Source: an uncultured Anaerolineales bacterium
Lineage (GTDB): Bacteria > Chloroflexota > Anaerolineae > B4-G1
Direction: 5' to 3'
Length of the DNA stretch: 26,141 bases
Assembly (NCBI GenBank): GCA_964412395.1
Contig: CAYPOY010000027.1
Coordinates: 1 to 26,141 of the forward strand
In this document: one piece after another, positions 23,593-26,141 of the stretch
Layout of the letters: each line of letters opens with the position of its first letter
How positions within the stretch are numbered: the stretch's first letter is position 1
Position numbers and translations under genes: made by a program
Notes under the pieces: generated by a model
What the model was told of the DNA's origin: nothing
Database searches by the model: none
Seen by the model: only the letters and a program-made list of their open reading frames with translations

Positions 23593-26117
23593 TCGAACTT
23601 GCTGTCTTCCCGGGTGCCTTACGTACCAGCAGGCTGGTCGGTCGTGCGGAGGAACTGACCGCGATCCAGTCTGCAATTGAGGCCGAGGGCACGCTGCGCG
23701 TGCTGCATTTCGTCGGTGATGGGGGCATTGGCAAGACGCGCCTGCTGGAGGAGATTCCCAACCTGATCGCGAACTCGGGCAAACCCGATACCTGCCTATG
23801 GGGCGGGATCATAGATCTCTACGACACGGCTACCCATAGCCATGCTGGCATAGAGCGAGTGATTCTGGAAGCACTTGACCCAGCCGGGGAGAAATTTGAG
23901 GGCTGCCGGACCGCAAGAAAAGAGCACGCACGTTTGCGCCGCAGCGGTGCGGAAGCCGAGCGCCTAAACCGCCTTCGTATCCAGTCGTCGGCCCTGTTCG
24001 TCGAAGAGTTCAACCGACTTTCAAATCAAAGACGTGTGGTGCTGGCCTTCGACACTGCGGTGTCCATGCAGTACGAAAGCGACTTGGTGCAGGAAATCTG
24101 CGGGTTGGGCTTCGGTGATCTGGAGGTCCGGTCGTGGCTGCTGGATCAACTGCCGCGTTTACAGAACGCCATCTTCGTTATTGCCAGCCGGCCCCAACCA
24201 CGCCTGGTGCGAGACGTGAAAGAACGTTTTGGACGAGAACCGTACCTGCTTGGACCGTTCAGCGAGGATGAGACAATTGACTACTTTGACGCTCTGGCCG
24301 AACTGACGGAGGTCGGCAGCGTTGACCTGGAAACTCGGCGTGTGATCCATCGCTATTCGGAGGGCTGGCCGCTTCTGTTATCTCTCATCATTGAGGTGAT
24401 GGTCAGCGCGGCCCCCTGGCTTGAAGAGTTCAACGCCCCTCTGCACGAGTTGGAGGCCAAGAGCGAGGAGGAACTGGCATCAGTGCGCAGAATCTTCGAG
24501 CAACGGCTGGTTGACAACATCCAGAGGCTGAGCAGTGACGTGGCAATTGCTCTCCCTTTCTTGGCGTGGGCACGGCGAGGGATGAATGCAGAATTGCTGG
24601 CGCGACTGACAGGATGGTCTGCGAAAGAATGTCGGCACGTGTTGGCCGAACTGAAGCGCTTCTCTTTCGTCAAGACTCCGGCTGGGACTGAACGGGTCTT
24701 CCTGCACGATGCTGTATATGACTTGATGGACCGCCATGTGCTACAATATCTGGTCTCGGACAGAGAGCGGGTCTGCGAGGAGACCGTCCGATACTATGAC
24801 GAGCATATTGAGAAAAGAGCGAAGAGAGCAAAAACAGGTGCGGAAGTGGCCGCGCTTATGGCAGAGCGTCTCTATTATCGGCTGCTGGTTGATCCCAGGA
24901 GCGGTTACGCTGAATATAGCCGCCTGGCAGACGAAGCCATCTTCCGGAACGAAGTTGGTCTGGACATGGCACTCCGCGATGAGGTATTGCGTTTCTTCAA
25001 TGTCGAAAGGAATCCCATATTTGCCGTGCAGTCCCAGCGTTACTATCGCCTGACCCAACAGCGGCTTGACCCCGACAGCGCCATTCGCTGGGTGAGACGC
25101 TACGTGGCGCGGGGGCAGTATGCCCGGGCGGTGGATGTGGCGCGCAGGATACGTTCTGTTGACCATCCCCATTTCCGCGCTGCCGGGCCTTTCTTCGAGC
25201 CTTCCCTTGCCATTGATGAAGGTACGGCTCTGGTGCGGCTCGGTCGGGACGTATCTGATGCTATAGAGATGCTTAAGGGTGCTGTCGCGCGTCTTGAAGA
25301 GATTAGCCCAACTGACGAATACAAGATTTGGAGCCGTGACCAGTGTCTTGGCAACGCCTGCAATACCCTGGGGTATGCCTACAAGATGCAGAAGAAATAT
25401 GACGCTGCTGTCAGGTGGTATCAGAGGGCATTACCCTACCTTCGCCGGGCCAGACTTGAGGCCCACTACGTCGATGCAGGAAAGAACCTTAGCCGGGTGT
25501 ACGGGCTACTGGGAAGATTTACAGAAGCGGTAACGCTGTGCGAAGACAGTCTGCGGATTTTCAGCGAGACAGGCAACCGGTATGGCGAGGCATATAGCCT
25601 GAACGTGTTGGGACAAATTCGCACAGATATGGGCCACCCCTATCGAGCCTATCTCCGCTCACAGGACGCCCTGCGGCTCTTTCGAAGCCTGGACAATAAG
25701 CGTGGGATTGGTCTGGCATGTACTGCCCTGGGAGAAGCGGCGCGCAAGTGGGCAACCTTCGAGTATCATTCGCTCGAGGAAGCGGAGCAATTGTTCCGTG
25801 AAGCCGAGGGATACTTGAAGGAGGCATTGACCATCTTCCCAGAGCAGGTCGTTGAGCCGCTCAGAGCAATGGCGGCACGCAACGAGTTGGGGTGCGTGTA
25901 TCGTGACTGGGCAGCGGTCTACCGGCGACACGGGCTGGCCCCCGCGTCCCTGGAACAACGGGCAAGGAAACAACTGAATCGCTGCCTCGCGGAAGCCAGT
26001 CCAGAGTGGCGGATGGAACTGGCAGACAACTGCGAAGACCTGGCCGAGGTTGAATCTGCCCGTGGACCAGAAGGGTACGACGAAGCACGGGTCTCCTTGA
26101 ATTGTTGGGAAACTTGA
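23589..26117 (+). CDS. STAND NTPase (NB-ARC-like) with C-terminal TPR repeats, paralog of 18043..20937
   Basis: The GTG start overlaps the upstream stop (GTGA, 23589-23592), and SD 'GGAGGT' is 7 nt upstream. Walker A 'VLHFVGDGGIGKTRLLEEIP'. Walker B 'VVLAFDTAVSMQYESD'. 'IFVIASRPQPRLVRDV'. GxP 'RYSEGWPLLLSLIIEV'. TPRs 'ACNTLGYAYKMQKKYDAAVRWYQRAL', 'AGKNLSRVYGLLGRFTEAVTLCEDSLRIF', 'AYSLNVLGQIRTDMGHPYRAYLRSQDALRLF'. Confidence 0.85.
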   Translation: MIELAVFPGALRTSRLVGRAEELTAIQSAIEAEGTLRVLHFVGDGGIGKTRLLEEIPNLIANSGKPDTCLWGGIIDLYDTATHSHAGIERVILEALDPAGEKFEGCRTARKEHARLRRSGAEAERLNRLRIQSSALFVEEFNRLSNQRRVVLAFDTAVSMQYESDLVQEICGLGFGDLEVRSWLLDQLPRLQNAIFVIASRPQPRLVRDVKERFGREPYLLGPFSEDETIDYFDALAELTEVGSVDLETRRVIHRYSEGWPLLLSLIIEVMVSAAPWLEEFNAPLHELEAKSEEELASVRRIFEQRLVDNIQRLSSDVAIALPFLAWARRGMNAELLARLTGWSAKECRHVLAELKRFSFVKTPAGTERVFLHDAVYDLMDRHVLQYLVSDRERVCEETVRYYDEHIEKRAKRAKTGAEVAALMAERLYYRLLVDPRSGYAEYSRLADEAIFRNEVGLDMALRDEVLRFFNVERNPIFAVQSQRYYRLTQQRLDPDSAIRWVRRYVARGQYARAVDVARRIRSVDHPHFRAAGPFFEPSLAIDEGTALVRLGRDVSDAIEMLKGAVARLEEISPTDEYKIWSRDQCLGNACNTLGYAYKMQKKYDAAVRWYQRALPYLRRARLEAHYVDAGKNLSRVYGLLGRFTEAVTLCEDSLRIFSETGNRYGEAYSLNVLGQIRTDMGHPYRAYLRSQDALRLFRSLDNKRGIGLACTALGEAARKWATFEYHSLEEAEQLFREAEGYLKEALTIFPEQVVEPLRAMAARNELGCVYRDWAAVYRRHGLAPASLEQRARKQLNRCLAEASPEWRMELADNCEDLAEVESARGPEGYDEARVSLNCWET

Positions 26118-26141
26118 CAAAAATGCACCTCCCAGGCAAAG

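Overview
This is a high-GC bacterial window. The composition and the gene types (KAP/FGE fusions, STAND-TPR proteins) fit a Chloroflexi-like or actinobacterial genome, but that is only an inference. I see no rRNA, tRNA, CRISPR array, transposase or integrase. The window is almost entirely an accessory, conflict-system-like island built around P-loop NTPases. I count eight in 26 kb. Genes fall into two divergent sets that meet at a regulatory region around 12.0-12.28 kb.

Minus strand (11960 down to 144):
- a small membrane protein;
- a zinc-ribbon multi-TM protein;
- two tandem SPFH/band-7 (flotillin-like) membrane paralogs;
- a TPR-like protein with a beta-rich C-terminal domain;
- two tandem paralogous KAP-family NTPases fused to formylglycine-generating-enzyme (FGE/SUMF1-like) domains;
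- a CdsA/CTP-transferase-family membrane protein.

Plus strand (12277 to 26117):
- a P-loop NTPase fused to a C-terminal OmpR/PhoB-type winged helix;
- a paralogous NTPase module fused instead to an N-terminal TM anchor and HEAT-like repeats;
- four consecutive STAND (NB-ARC/NLR-like) NTPases: a minimal one, a STAND-TPR, a membrane-anchored SIR2-STAND that lacks sensor repeats, and a second STAND-TPR;
- a 62-aa ORF translationally coupled between the first STAND-TPR and the SIR2-STAND.

Regulatory signals I can read directly:
- three tandem 12-bp CGTGTCA repeats in the divergent promoter region;
- a textbook Pho-box-like direct repeat (CTGTCATA-cgg-TTGTCA) placed 10 bp upstream of a TATAAT, ahead of the STAND genes;
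- an intrinsic terminator followed by a perfect consensus sigma70 promoter (TTGACA-18-TATAAT) ahead of the STAND-TPR/SIR2 operon;
- a 19-bp perfect palindrome inside a G-run/C-run tract at the left edge.

Most interesting hypothesis: this may be an undescribed multi-gene, NLR-network-like defence system. Effector (SIR2) and sensor (TPR) functions sit on separate STAND proteins, apparently under an OmpR-type NTPase regulator. Several ORF-track starts look wrong, and corrected starts are given below. All domain calls come from motif reading by eye, not from database searches.
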